Shown here: piece after piece, positions 15,001 through 30,000 of the stretch
How the letters are laid out: every line of letters begins with the position of its first letter
How positions within the stretch are numbered: position 1 is the first letter of the stretch
Assembly (NCBI GenBank): GCA_032718475.1
Contig: JAUCBJ010003075.1
Location: 1,656-65,655 of the forward strand
Source of the DNA: Nemertoderma westbladi
Lineage: Eukaryota; Animalia; Xenacoelomorpha
Direction: 5' to 3'
DNA: 64,000 nucleotides
The notes under the pieces: generated by a model
The model's database searches: none
The model's input: only the letters and a program-made list of their open reading frames with translations
Told to the model about the DNA's origin: nothing
Position numbers and translations under genes: made by a program

Positions 15001-18000
15001 GGAACAGTGTCGCTTACCTACGTTGTAACCGATACGGAACAGTGTCGCTTACCTACGTTGTAACCGATACGGAACAGTGTCGCTTACCTACGTTGTAACC
15101 GATACGGAACAGTGTCGCTTACCTACGTTGTAACCGATACGGAACAGTGTCGCTTACCTACGTTGTAACCGATACGGAACAGTGTCGCTTACCTGTGTTG
15201 TAACTGGTTTCGGAACAGTGTCGCTTACCTGTGTTGTAACTGGTTACGGAACAGTGTCGCTTACCTACGTTGTAACCGATACGGAACAGTGTCGCTTACC
15301 TGTGTTGTAACTATGGAGACGGAACAGTGTCGCTTACCTGTGTTGTAACTGGAGACGGAACAGTGTCGCTTACCTGTGTTGTAACTATGGAGACGGAACA
15401 GTGTCGCTTACCTGTGTTGTAACTGGAGACGGAACAGTGTCGCTTACCTGTGTTGTAACTGGATACGGAACAGTGTCGCTTACCTGTGTTGTAACTGGTT
15501 ACGGAACAGTGTCGCTTACCTACGTTGTAACCGATACGGAACAGTGTCGCTTACCTACGTTGTAACCGATACGGAACAGTGTCGCTTACCTACGTTGTAA
15601 CCGATACGGAACAGTGTCGCTTACCTACGTTGTAACCGATACGGAACAGTGTCGCTTACCTACGTTGTAACCGATACGGAACAGTGTCGCTTACCTGTGT
15701 TGTAACTGGTTTCGGAACAGTGTCGCTTACCTGTGTTGTAACTGGTTACGGAACAGTGTCGCTTACCTACGTTGTAACCGATACGGAACAGTGTCGCTTA
15801 CCTGTGTTGTAACTATGGAGACGGAACAGTGTCGCTTACCTGTGTTGTAACTGGAGACGGAACAGTGTCGCTTACCTGTGTTGTAACTATGGAGACGGAA
15901 CAGTGTCGCTTACCTGTGTTGTAACTGGAGACGGAACAGTGTCGCTTACCTGTGTTGTAACTGGATACGGAACAGTGTCGCTTACCTGTGTTGTAACTAT
16001 GGAGACGGAACAGTGTCGCTTACCTGTGTTGTAACTATGGAGACGGAACAGTGTCGCTTACCTGTGTTGTAACTATGGAGACGGAACAGTGTCGCTTACC
16101 TACGTTGTAACTGGTTTCGGAACAGTGTCGCTTACCTACGTTGTAACTGATACGGAACAGTGTCGCTTACCTACGTTGTAACCGATACGGAACAGTGTCG
16201 CTTACCTGTGTTGTAACTGGTTTCGGAACAGTGTCGCTTACCTGTGTTGTAACTGGTTACGGAACAGTGTCGCTTACCTGTGTTGTAACTGGTTTCGGAA
16301 CAGTGTCGCTTACCTGTGTTGTAACTGGAGACGGAACAGTGTCGCTTACCTGTGTTGTAACTGGAGACGGAACAGTGTCGCTTACCTGTGTTGTAACTGG
16401 TTTCGGAACAGTGTCGTTTACCTGTGTTGTAACTGGTTTCGGAACAGTGTCGCTTACCTGTGTTGTAACTGGTTACGGAACAGTGTCGCTTACCTACGTT
16501 GTAACCGATACGGAACAGTGTCGCTTACCTGTGTTGTAACTGATACGGAACTGTGTCGCTTACCTGTGTTGTAACTGGTTACGGAACAGTGTCGCTTACC
16601 TGTGTTGTAACTGGTTTCGGAACAGTGTCGTTTACCTGTGTTGTAACTGGTTTCGGAACAGTGTCGCTTACCTGTGTTGTAACTGGTTACGGAACAGTGT
16701 CGCTTACCTACGTTGTAACCGATACGGAACAGTGTCGCTTACCTACGTTGTAACTGATACGGAACAGTGTCGCTTACCTACGTTGTAACCGATACGGAAC
16801 AGTGTCGCTTACCTACGTTGTAACCGATACGGAACAGTGTCGCTTACCTACGTTGTAACCGATACGGAACAGTGTCGCTTACCTACGTTGTAACCGATAC
16901 GGAACAGTGTCGCTTACCTGTGTTGTAACTGGTTTCGGAACAGTGTCGCTTACCTGTGTTGTAACTGGTTACGGAACAGTGTCGCTTACCTGTGTTGTAA
17001 CTGGAGACGGAACAGTGTCGCTTACCTGTGTTGTAACTGGAGACGGAACAGTGTCGCTTACCTGTGTTGTAACTGGAGACGGAACAGTGTCGCTTACCTA
17101 CGTTGTAACCGATACGGAACAGTGTCGCTTACCTACGTTGTAACCGATACGGAACAGTGTCGCTTACCTACGTTGTAACCGATACGGAACAGTGTCGCTT
17201 ACCTACGTTGTAACCGATACGGAACAGTGTCGCTTACCTGTGTTGTAACTGGTTTCGGAACAGTGTCGCTTACCTGTGTTGTAACTGGTTACGGAACAGT
17301 GTCGCTTACCTGTGTTGTAACTGGTTTCGGAACAGTGTCGCTTACCTGTGTTGTAACTGGTTACGGAACAGTGTCGCTTACCTGTGTTGTAACTGGTTTC
17401 GGAACAGTGTCGTTTACCTGTGTTGTAACTGGTTTCGGAACAGTGTCGCTTACCTGTGTTGTAACTGGTTACGGAACAGTGTCGCTTACCTACGTTGTAA
17501 CCGATACGGAACAGTGTCGCTTACCTACGTTGTAACTGATACGGAACAGTGTCGCTTACCTACGTTGTAACCGATACGGAACAGTGTCGCTTACCTACGT
17601 TGTAACCGATACGGAACAGTGTCGCTTACCTACGTTGTAACCGATACGGAACAGTGTCGCTTACCTGTTTTGTAACTATGGAGACGGAACAGTGTCGCTT
17701 ACCTGTGTTGTAACTGGTTTCGGAACAGTGTCGCTTACCTGTGTTGTAACTGGTTACGGAACAGTGTCGCTTACCTACGTTGTAACCGATACGGAACAGT
17801 GTCGCTTACCTACGTTGTAACCGATACGGAACAGTGTCGCTTACCTACGTTGTAACCGATACGGAACAGTGTCGCTTACCTGTGTTGTAACTGATACGGA
17901 ACAGTGTCGCTTACCTACGTTGTAACCGATACGGAACAGTGTCGCTTACCTGTTTTGTAACTGGAGACGGAACAGTGTCGCTTACCTGTGTTCTAACTGG

Positions 18001-21000
18001 AGACGGAACAGTGTCGCTTACCTGTGTTGTAACTGGTTTCGGAACAGTGTCGCTTACCTGTGTTGTAACTGGTTACGGAACAGTGTCGCTTACCTACGTT
18101 GTAACCAATACGGAACAGTGTCGCTTACCTGTGTTGTAACCGATACGGAACAGTGTCGCTTACCTACGTTGTAACCGATACGGAACAGTGTCGCTTACCT
18201 GTGTTGTAACTGGTTTCGGAACAGTGTCGCTTACCTGTGTTGTAACCGATACGGAACAGTGTCGCTTACCTGTGTTGTAACTATGGAGACGGAACAGTGT
18301 CGCTTACCTGTGTTGTAACTGGAGACGGAACAGTGTCGCTTACCTGTGTTGTAACTATGGAGACGGAACAGTGTCGCTTACCTGTGTTGTAACTGGAGAC
18401 GGAACAGTGTCGCTTACCTGTGTTGTAACTGGATACGGAACAGTGTCGCTTACCTGTGTTGTAACTGGAGACGGAACAGTGTCGCTTACCTGTGTTGTAA
18501 CTGGTTTCGGAACAGTGTCGCTTACCTGTGTTGTAACTGGTTACGGAACAGTGTCGCTTACCTACGTTGTAACCAATACGGAACAGTGTCGCTTACCTGT
18601 GTTGTAACCGATACGGAACAGTGTCGCTTACCTACGTTGTAACCGATACGGAACAGTGTCGCTTACCTGTGTTGTAACTGGTTTCGGAACAGTGTCGCTT
18701 ACCTGTGTTGTAACCGATACGGAACAGTGTCGCTTACCTGTGTTGTAACTATGGAGACGGAACAGTGTCGCTTACCTGTGTTGTAACTGGAGACGGAACA
18801 GTGTCGCTTACCTGTGTTGTAACTATGGAGACGGAACAGTGTCGCTTACCTGTGTTGTAACTGGAGACGGAACAGTGTCGCTTACCTGTGTTGTAACTGG
18901 ATACGGAACAGTGTCGCTTACCTGTGTTGTAACTATGGAGACGGAACAGTGTCGCTTACCTGTGTTGTAACTATGGAGACGGAACAGTGTCGCTTACCTA
19001 CGTTGTAACTGGTTTCGGAACAGTGTCGCTTACCTACGTTGTAACTGATACGGAACAGTGTCGCTTACCTACGTTGTAACTGATACGGAACAGTGTCGCT
19101 TACCTACGTTGTAACTGGATACGGAACAGTGTCGCTTACCTACGTTGTAACCGATACGGAACAGTGTCGCTTACCTACGTTGTAACCGATACGGAACAGT
19201 GTCGCTTACCTGTGTTGTAACTGGTTTCGGAACAGTGTCGCTTACCTGTGTTGTAACTGGTTACGGAACAGTGTCGCTTACCTGTGTTGTAACTGGTTTC
19301 GGAACAGTGTCGCTTACCTGTGTTGTAACTGGTTACGGAACAGTGTCGCTTACCTGTGTTGTAACTGGTTTCGGAACAGTGTCGTTTACCTGTGTTGTAA
19401 CTGGTTTCGGAACAGTGTCGCTTACCTGTGTTGTAACTGGTTACGGAACAGTGTCGCTTACCTACGTTGTAACCGATACGGAACAGTGTCGCTTACCTAC
19501 GTTGTAACCGATACGGAACAGTGTCGCTTACCTACGTTGTAACCGATACGGAACAGTGTCGCTTACCTGTTTTGTAACTGATACGGAACTGTGTCGCTTA
19601 CCTGTGTTCTAACTGGAGACGGAACAGTGTCGCTTACCTGTGTTGTAACTGAGGCGGAACAGTGTCGCTTACCTATGTTGTAACTGGTTACGGAACAGTG
19701 TCGCTTACCTGTGTTGTAACTGGAGACGGAACAGTGTCGCTTACCTGTGTTGTAACTGGTTTCGGAACAGTGTCGCTTACCTGTGTTGTAACTGGTTACG
19801 GAACAGTGTCGCTTACCTACGTTGTAACCGATACGGAACAGTGTCGCTTACCTACGTTGTAACCGATACGGAACAGTGTCGCTTACCTACGTTGTAACCG
19901 ATACGGAACAGTGTCGCTTACCTACGTTGTAACCGATACGGAACAGTGTCGCTTACCTACGTTGTAACCGATACGGAACAGTGTCGCTTACCTACGTTGT
20001 AACCGATACGGAACAGTGTCGCTTACCTGTTTTGTAACTATGGAGACGGAACAGTGTCGCTTACCTGTGTTGTAACTGGTTTCGGAACAGTGTCGCTTAC
20101 CTGTGTTGTAACTGGTTACGGAACAGTGTCGCTTACCTACGTTGTAACCGATACGGAACAGTGTCGCTTACCTGTGTTGTAACTGGAGACGGAACAGTGT
20201 CGCTTACCTACGTTGTAACCGATACGGAACAGTGTCGCTTACCTACGTTGTAACCGATACGGAACAGTGTCGCTTACCTGTTTTGTAACTATGGAGACGG
20301 AACAGTGTCGCTTACCTGTGTTGTAACTGGTTTCGGAACAGTGTCGCTTACCTGTGTTGTAACTGGTTACGGAACAGTGTCGCTTACCTACGTTGTAACC
20401 GATACGGAACAGTGTCGCTTACCTGTGTTCTAACTGGAGACGGAACAGTGTCGCTTACCTGTGTTGTAACTGAGGCGGAACAGTGTCGCTTACCTATGTT
20501 GTAACTGGTTACGGAACAGTGTCGCTTACCTGTGTTGTAACTGGAGACGGAACAGTGTCGCTTACCTGTGTTGTAACTGGTTTCGGAACAGTGTCGCTTA
20601 CCTGTGTTGTAACTGGTTACGGAACAGTGTCGCTTACCTACGTTGTAACCGATACGGAACAGTGTCGCTTACCTACGTTGTAACCGATACGGAACAGTGT
20701 CGCTTACCTGTGTTGTAACTGGTTTCGGAACAGTGTCGCTTACCTGTGTTGTAACCGATACGGAACAGTGTCGCTTACCTACGTTGTAACCGATACGGAA
20801 CAGTGTCGCTTACCTGTGTTGTAACTGGATAAGGAACAGTGTCGCTTACCTACGTTGTAACCGATACGGAACAGTGTCGCTTACCTGTGTTGTAACTGAT
20901 ACGGAACCGTGTCGCTTACCTGTGTTGTAACTGGAGACGGAACAGTGTCGCTTACCTGTGTTGTAACTATGGAGACGGAACAGTGTCGCTTACCTGTGTT

Positions 21001-24000
21001 GTAACTGGTTACGGAACAGTGTCGCTTACCTACGTTGTAACCGATACGGAACAGTGTCGCTTACCTGTGTTGTAACTGATACGGAACCGTGTCGCTTACC
21101 TGTGTTGTAACTGGAGACGGAACAGTGTCGCTTACCTGTGTTGTAACTATGGAGACGGAACAGTGTCGCTTACCTGTGTTGTAACTGGATACGGAACAGT
21201 GTCGCTTACCTACGTTGTAACTGGTTACGGAACAGTGTCGCTTACCTGTGTTGTAACTGGAGACGGAACAGTGTCGCTTACCTGTGTTGTAACTATGGAG
21301 ACGGAACAGTGTCGCTTACCTGTGTTGTAACCGATACGGAACAGTGTCGCTTACCTGTGTTGTAACTGGAGACGGAACAGTGTCGCTTACCTACGTTGTA
21401 ACTGGTTTCGGAACAGTGTCGCTTACCTACGTTGTAACCGATACGGAACAGTGTCGCTTACCTGTGTTGTAACTGATACGGAACAGTGTCGCTTACCTGT
21501 GTTGTAACTATGGAGACGGAACAGTGTCGCTTACCTGTGTTGTAACTATGGAGACGGAACAGTGTCGCTTACCTGTGTTGTAACCGATACGGAACAGTGT
21601 CGCTTACCTGTGTTGTAACCGATACGGAACAGTGTCGCTTACCTACGTTGTAACCGATACGGAACAGTGTCGCTTACCTGTGTTGTAACTGGAGACGGAA
21701 CAGTGTCGCTTACCTGTGTTGTAACTATGGAGACGGAACAGTGTCGCTTACCTGTGTTGTAACCGATACGGAACAGTGTCGCTTACCTGTGTTGTAACCG
21801 ATACGGAACAGTGTCGCTTACCTACGTTGTAACCGATACGGAACAGTGTCGCTTACCTGTGTTGTAACTGGAGACGGAACAGTGTCGCTTACCTACGTTG
21901 TAACCGATACGGAACAGTGTCGCTTACCTGTGTTGTAACTGGAGACGGAACAGTGTCGCTTACCTGTGTTGTAACTATGGAGACGGAACAGTGTCGCTTA
22001 CCTGTGTTGTAACCGATACGGAACAGTGTCGCTTACCTGTGTTGTAACCGATACGGAACAGTGTCGCTTACCTACGTTGTAACCGATACGGAACAGTGTC
22101 GCTTACCTGTGTTGTAACTGGAGACGGAACAGTGTCGCTTACCTGTGTTGTAACTATGGAGACGGAACAGTGTCGCTTACCTGTGTTGTAACCGATACGG
22201 AACAGTGTCGCTTACCTGTGTTGTAACCGATACGGAACAGTGTCGCTTACCTACGTTGTAACCGATACGGAACAGTGTCGCTTACCTGTGTTGTAACTGG
22301 AGACGGAACAGTGTCGCTTACCTGTGTTGTAACTATGGAGACGGAACAGTGTCGCTTACCTGTGTTGTAACTGGAGACGGAACAGTGTCGCTTACCTACG
22401 TTGTAACCGATACGGAACAGTGTCGCTTACCTACGTTGTAACCGATACGGAACAGTGTCGCTTACCTGTGTTGTAACTGGAGACGGAACAGTGTCGCTTA
22501 CCTACGTTGTAACCGATACGGAACAGTGTCGCTTACCTGTGTTGTAACTGGTTTCGGAACAGTGTCGCTTACCTGTGTTGTAACTGGAGGCGGAACAGTG
22601 TCGCTTACCTGTGTTGTAACTGATACGGAACAGTGTCGCTTACCTGTGTTGTAACTGGAGACGGAACAGTGTCGCTTACCTGTGTTGTAACTGGAGGCGG
22701 AACAGTGTCGCTTACCTGTGTTGTTACTGGTTTACGGAACAGTGTCTCTTACCTGTGTTGTAACTGGAGACGGAACAGTGTCGCTTACCTGTGTTGTAAC
22801 TGGTTACGGAACAGTGTCGCTTACCTGTGTTGTAACTGATACGGAACAGTGTCGCTTACCTGTGTTGTAACTGGAGACGGAACAGTGTCGCTTACCTGTG
22901 TTGTAACTGGAGGCGGAACAGTGTCGCTAACCTGTGTTGTAACTGGAGGCGGAATAGTGTCGTTTACCTGTGTTGTAACTGGTTACGGAACAGTGTCGCT
23001 TACCTGTGTTGTAACTGGAGACGGAACAGTGTCGCTTACCTGTGTTGTAACTATGGAGACGGAACAGTGTCGCTTACCTACGTTGTAACTGGTTTCGGAA
23101 CAGTGTCGCTTACCTGTGTTGTAACTGGAGACGGAACAGTGTCGCTTACCTACGTTGTAACCGATACGGAACAGTGTCGCTTACCTACGTTGTAACTGAT
23201 ACGGAACAGTGTCGCTTACCTACGTTGTAACCGATACGGAACAGTGTCGCTTACCTGTGTTGTAACTGGTTTCGGAACAGTGTCGCTTACCTGTGTTGTA
23301 ACTGGTTACGGAACAGTGTCGCTTACCTACGTTGTAACCGATACGGAACAGTGTCGCTTACCTACGTTGTAACCGATACGGAACAGTGTCGCTTACCTAC
23401 GTTGTAACCGATACGGAACAGTGTCGCTTACCTGTGTTGTAACTGGTTTCGGAACAGTGTCGCTTACCTGTGTTGTAACTGGTTACGGAACAGTGTCGCT
23501 TACCTACGTTGTAACCGATACGGAACAGTGTCGCTTACCTACGTTGTAACTGGTTTCGGAACAGTGTCGCTTACCTACGTTGTAACCGATACGGAACAGT
23601 GTCGCTTACCTACGTTGTAACCGATACGGAACAGTGTCGCTTACCTACGTTGTAACTGGTTTCGGAACAGTGTCGCTTACCTACGTTGTAACCGATACGG
23701 AACAGTGTCGCTTACCTACGTTGTAACCGATACGGAACAGTGTCGCTTACCTACGTTGTAACTGGTTTCGGAACAGTGTCGCTTACCTACGTTGTAACCG
23801 ATACGGAACAGTGTCGCTTACCTGTGTTGTAACTGGTTACGGAACAGTGTCGCTTACCTACGTTGTAACCGATACGGAACAGTGTCGCTTACCTACGTTG
23901 TAACTGGTTTCGGAACAGTGTCGCTTACCTACGTTGTAACCGATACGGAACAGTGTCGCTTACCTGTGTTGTAACTGATACGGAACAGTGTCGCTTACCT

Positions 24001-27000
24001 GTGTTGTAACTGGTTTCGGAACAGTGTCGCTTACCTGTGTTGTAACTGGTTACGGAACAGTGTCGCTTACCTGTGTTGTAACTGGTTTCGGAACAGTGTC
24101 GCTTACCTGTGTTGTAACTGATACGGAACAGTGTCGCTTACCTGTGTTGTAACTGGAGACGGAACAGTGTCGCTTACCTGTGTTGTAACTGGAGGCGGAA
24201 CAGTGTCGCTAACCTGTGTTGTAACTGGAGGCGGAATAGTGTCGTTTACCTGTGTTGTAACTGGTTACGGAACAGTGTCGCTTACCTGCGTTGTAACTGA
24301 TACGGAACAGTGTCGCTTACCTGTGTTGTAACTGGAGACGGAACAGTGTCGCTTACCTACGTTGTAACCGATACGGAACAGTGTCGCTTACCTACGTTGT
24401 AACCGATACGGAACAGTGTCGCTTACCTACGTTGTAACCGATACGGAACAGTGTCGCTTACCTGTGTTGTAACTGGAGACGGAACAGTGTCGCTTACCTG
24501 TGTTGTAACTATGGAGACGGAACAGTGTCGCTTACCTGTGTTGTAACTGATACGGAACAGTGTCGCTTACCTGTGTTGTAACTGGAGGTGGAACAGTGTC
24601 TCTTACCTGTGTTGTAACTGGAGACGGAACAGTGTCGCTTACCTGTGTTGTAACTGGAGACGGAACAGTGTCGCTTACCTGTGTTGTAACTGGAGACGGA
24701 ACAGTGTCGCTTACCTGTGTTGTAACTGAGACGGAATAGTGTCGTTTACCTGTGTTGTAACTGGTTACGGAACAGTGTCGCTTACCTGTGTTGTAACTGG
24801 AGACGGAACAGTGTCGCTTACCTACGTTGTAACCGATACGGAACAGTGTCGCTTACCTACGTTGTAACCGATACGGAACAGTGTCGCTTACCTGTGTTGT
24901 AACTGAGACGGAACAGTGTCGCTTACCTGTGTTGTAACTGGTTTCGGAACAGTGTCGCTTACCTGTGTTGTAACTGGTTTCGGAACAGTGTCGCTTACCT
25001 GTGTTGTAACTGGTTACGGAACAGTGTCGCTTACCTGTGTTGTAACTGGAGACGGAACAGTGTCGCTTACCTACGTTGTAACCGATACGGAACAGTGTCG
25101 CTTACCTGTGTTGTAACTGGAGACGGAACAGTGTCGCTTACCTGTGTTGTAACTGATACGGAACAGTGTCGCTTACCTGTGTTGTAACTGGTTTCGGAAC
25201 AGTGTCGCTTACCTGTGTTGTAACTGATACGGAACAGTGTCGCTTACCTGTGTTGTAACTGGAGACGGAACAGTGTCGCTTACCTGTGTTGTAACTGATA
25301 CGGAACAGTGTCGCTTACCTGTGTTGTAACTGATACGGAACTGTGTCGCTTACCTGTGTTGTAACTGGAGACGGAACAGTGTCGCTTATCTGTGCTGTAA
25401 CTGGAGACGGAACAGTGTCGCTTACCTGTGTTGTAACCGATACGGAACAGTGTCGCTTACCTGTGTTGTAACTGGTTTCGGAACAGTGTCGCTTACCTGT
25501 GTTGTAACTGATACGGAACAGTGTCGCTTACCTGTGTTGTAACTGGAGACGGAACAGTGTCGCTTACCTACGTTGTAACTGATACGGAACAGTGTCGCTT
25601 ACCTACGTTGTAACCGATACGGAACAGTGTCGCTTACCTACGTTGTAACCGATACGGAACAGTGTCGCTTACCTGTGTTGTAACTGGTTACGGAACAGTG
25701 TCGCTTACCTGTGTTGTAACTGGAGACGGAACAGTGTCGCTTACCTGTGTTGTAACTGGATACGGAACAGTGCCGCTTACCTGTGTTGTAACTGATACGG
25801 AACAGTGTCGCTTACCTACGTTGTAACCGATACGGAACAGTGTCGCTTACCTACGTTGTAACCGATACGGAACAGTGTCGCTTACCTGTGTTGTAACTGG
25901 TTTCGGAACAGTGTCGCTTACCTGTGTTGTAACTGGTTTCGGAACAGTGTCGCTTACCTGTGTTGTAACTGGTTACGGAACAGTGTCGCTTACCTGTGTT
26001 GTAACTATGGAGACGGAACAGTGTCGCTTACCTGTGTTGTAACTGGAGACGGAACAGTGTCGCTTACCTGTGTTGTAACTATGGAGACGGAACAGTGTCG
26101 CTTACCTGTGTTGTAACCGATACGGAACAGTGTCGCTTACCTGTGTTGTAACTGGAGACGGAACAGTGTCGCTTACCTACGTTGTAACTGATACGGAACA
26201 GTGTCGCTTACCTACGTTGTAACTGATACGGAACAGTGTCGCTTACCTACGTTGTAACCGATACGGAACAGTGTCGCTTACCTGTTTTGTAACTGGAGAC
26301 GGAACAGTGTCGCTTACCTACGTTGTAACTGATACGGAACAGTGTCGCTTACCTGTTTTGTAACTGGAGACGGAACAGTGTCGCTTACCTACGTTGTAAC
26401 TGATACGGAACAGTGTCGCTTACCTGTTTTGTAACTGGAGACGGAACAGTGTCGCTTACCTACGTTGTAACCGATACGGAACAGTGTCGCTTACCTACGT
26501 TGTAACTGATACGGAACAGTGTCGCTTACCTGTTTTGTAACTGGAGACGGAACAGTGTCGCTTACCTACGTTGTAACCGATACGGAACAGTGTCGCTTAC
26601 CTGTGTTGTAACTGATACGGAACAGTGTCGCTTACCTACGTTGTAACCGATACGGAACAGTGTCGCTTACCTGTGTTGTAACTATGGAGACGGAACAGTG
26701 TCGCTTACCTGTGTTGTAACTGGAGACGGAACAGTGTCGCTTACCTGTGTTGTAACTGGAGGCGGAACAGTGTCGCTTACCTGTGTTGTAACTGGAGACG
26801 GAACAGTGTCGCTTACCTACGTTGTAACCGATACGGAACAGTGTCGCTTACCTACGTTGTAACCGATACGGAACAGTGTCGCTTACCTGTGTTGTAACTG
26901 GTTACGGAACAGTGTCGCTTACCTACGTTGTAACTGATACGGAACAGTGTCGCTTACCTGTGTTGTAACTGGTTACGGAACAGTGTCGCTTACCTACGTT

Positions 27001-30000
27001 GTAACTGGTTTCGGAACAGTGTCGCTTACCTGTGTTGTAACTGGTTACGGAACAGTGTCGCTTACCTACGTTGTAACTGATACGGAACAGTGTCGCTTAC
27101 CTGTATTGTAACTGATACGGAACTGTGTCGCTTACCTGTGTTGTAACTATGGAGACGGAACAGTGTCGCTTACCTGTGTTGTAACTGGAGACGGAACAGT
27201 GTCGCTTACCTGTGTTGTAACTATGGAGACGGAACAGTGTCGCTTACCTGTGTTGTAACCGATACGGAACAGTGTCGCTTACCTGTGTTGTAACTGGAGA
27301 CGGAACAGTGTCGCTTACCTACGTTGTAACTGATACGGAACAGTGTCGCTTACCTACGTTGTAACTGATACGGAACAGTGTCGCTTACCTACGTTGTAAC
27401 TGATACGGAACAGTGTCGCTTACCTACGTTGTAACCGATACGGAACAGTGTCGCTTACCTGTGTTGTAACTATGGAGACGGAACAGTGTCGCTTACCTGT
27501 GTTGTAACTGGAGACGGAACAGTGTCGCTTACCTGTGTTGTAACTGGAGGCGGAACAGTGTCGCTTACCTGTGTTGTAACTGGAGACGGAACAGTGTCGC
27601 TTACCTACGTTGTAACCGATACGGAACAGTGTCGCTTACCTACGTTGTAACCGATACGGAACAGTGTCGCTTACCTACGTTGTAACCGATACGGAACAGT
27701 GTCGCTTACCTGTGTTGTAACTATGGAGACGGAACAGTGTCGCTTACCTGTGTTGTAACTGGAGACGGAACAGTGTCGCTTACCTATGTTGTAACTGATA
27801 CGGAACAGTGTCGCTTACCTGTGTTGTAACTGGAGACGGAACAGTGTCGCTTACCTGTGTTGTAACTGGATACGGAACAGTGTCGCTTACCTGTGTTGTA
27901 ACTGATACGGAACAGTGTCGCTTACCTGTGTTGTAACTGGAGACGGAACAGTGTCGCTTACCTGTGTTGTAACTGATACGGAACAGTGTCGCTTACCTGT
28001 GTTGTAACTGATACGGAACAGTGTCGCTTACCTACGTTGTAACTGATACGGAACTGTGTCGCTTACCTGTGTTGTAACTGGAGACGGAACAGTGTCGCTT
28101 ACCTGTGTTGTAACTGGAGACGGAACAGTGTCGCTTACCTACGTTGTAACTGGAGACGGAACAGTGTCGCTTACCTACGTTGTAACTGGAGACGGAACAG
28201 TGTCGCTCACCTACGTTGTAACTGATACGGAACAGTGTCGCTTACCTGTGTTGTAACCGATACGGAACAGTGTCGCTTACCTGTGTTGTAACTGGAGACG
28301 GAACAGTGTCGCTTACCTACGTTGTAACTGGAGACGGAACAGTGTCGCTTACCTACGTTGTAACTGGAGACGGAACAGTGTCGCTTACCTGTGTTGTAAC
28401 TGGAGACGGAACAGTGTCGCTTACCTACGTTGTAACTGATACGGAACAGTGTCGCTTACCTGTGTTGTAACCGATACGGAACAGTGTCGCTTACCTACGT
28501 TGTAACCGATACGGAACAGTGTCGCTTACCTGTGTTGTAACTGGAGACGGAACAGTGTCGCTTACCTGTGTTGTAACTGGAGACGGAACAGTGTCGCTTA
28601 CCTACGTTGTAACTGATACGGAACAGTGTCGCTTACCTACGTTGTAACCGATACGGAACAGTGTCGCTTACCTGTGTTGTAACTGGAGACGGAACAGTGT
28701 CGCTTACCTACGTTGTAACTGATACGGAACAGTGTCGCTTACCTGTGTTGTAACTGGAGACGGAACAGTGTCGCTTACCTACGTTGTAACCGATACGGAA
28801 CAGTGTCGCTTACCTACGTTGTAACCGATACGGAACAGTGTCGCTTACCTGTGTTGTAACTGATACGGAACAGTGTCGCTTACCTGTGTTGTAACTGATA
28901 CGGAACAGTGTCGCTTACCTGTGTTGTAACTGATACGGAACAGTGTCGCTTACCTGTGTTGTAACTGATACGGAACAGTGTCGCTTACCTACGTTGTAAC
29001 TGGAGACGGAACAGTGTCGCTTACCTGTGTTGTAACTGATACGGAACAGTGTCGCTTACCTGTGTTGTAACTGATACGGAACAGTGTCGCTTACCTGTGT
29101 TGTAACTGATACGGAACAGTGTCGCTTACCTGTGTTGTAACTGGAGACGGAACAGTGTCGCTTACCTGTGTTGTAACTGATACGGAACAGTGTCGCTTAC
29201 CTGTGTTGTAACTGGTTTCGGAACAGTGTCGCTTACCTGTGTTGTAACTGGAGACGGAACAGTGTCGCTTACCTGCGTTGTAACTGATACGGAACTGTGT
29301 CGCTTACCTGTGTTGTAACTGGTTACGGAACAGTGTCGCTTACCTGTGTTGTAACTATGGAGACGGAACAGTGTCGCTTACCTGTGTTGTAACTGGAGAC
29401 GGAACAGTGTCGCTTACCTGTGTTGTAACTATGGAGACGGAACAGTGTCGCTTACCTGTGTTGTAACTGGAGACGGAACAGTGTGGCTTACCTGTGTTCT
29501 AACTGGAGACGGAACAGTGTCGCTTACCTGTGTTGTAACTGGAGACGGAACAGTGTCGCTTACCTGTGTTGTAACTGATACGGAACAGTGTCGCTTACCT
29601 GTGATGTAACCGATACGGAACAGTGTCGCTTACCTACGTTGTAACCGATACGGAACAGTGTCGCTTACCTACGTTGTAACCGATACGGAACAGTGTCGCT
29701 TACCTGTGTTGTAACTGGAGACGGAACAGTGTCGCTTACCTACGTTGTAACCAATACGGAACAGTGTCGCTTACCTACGTTGTAACCGATACGGAACAGT
29801 GTCGCTTACCTGTGTTGTAACTGGAGACGGAACAGTGTCGCTTACCTGTGTTGTAACTGGAGACGGAACAGTGTCGCTTACCTGTGTTGTAACTGGAGAC
29901 GGAACAGTGTCGCTTACCTGTGTTGTAACTGGAGACGGAACAGTGTCGCTTACCTACGTTGTAACTGGTTTCGGAACAGTGTCGCTTACCTGTGTTGTAA

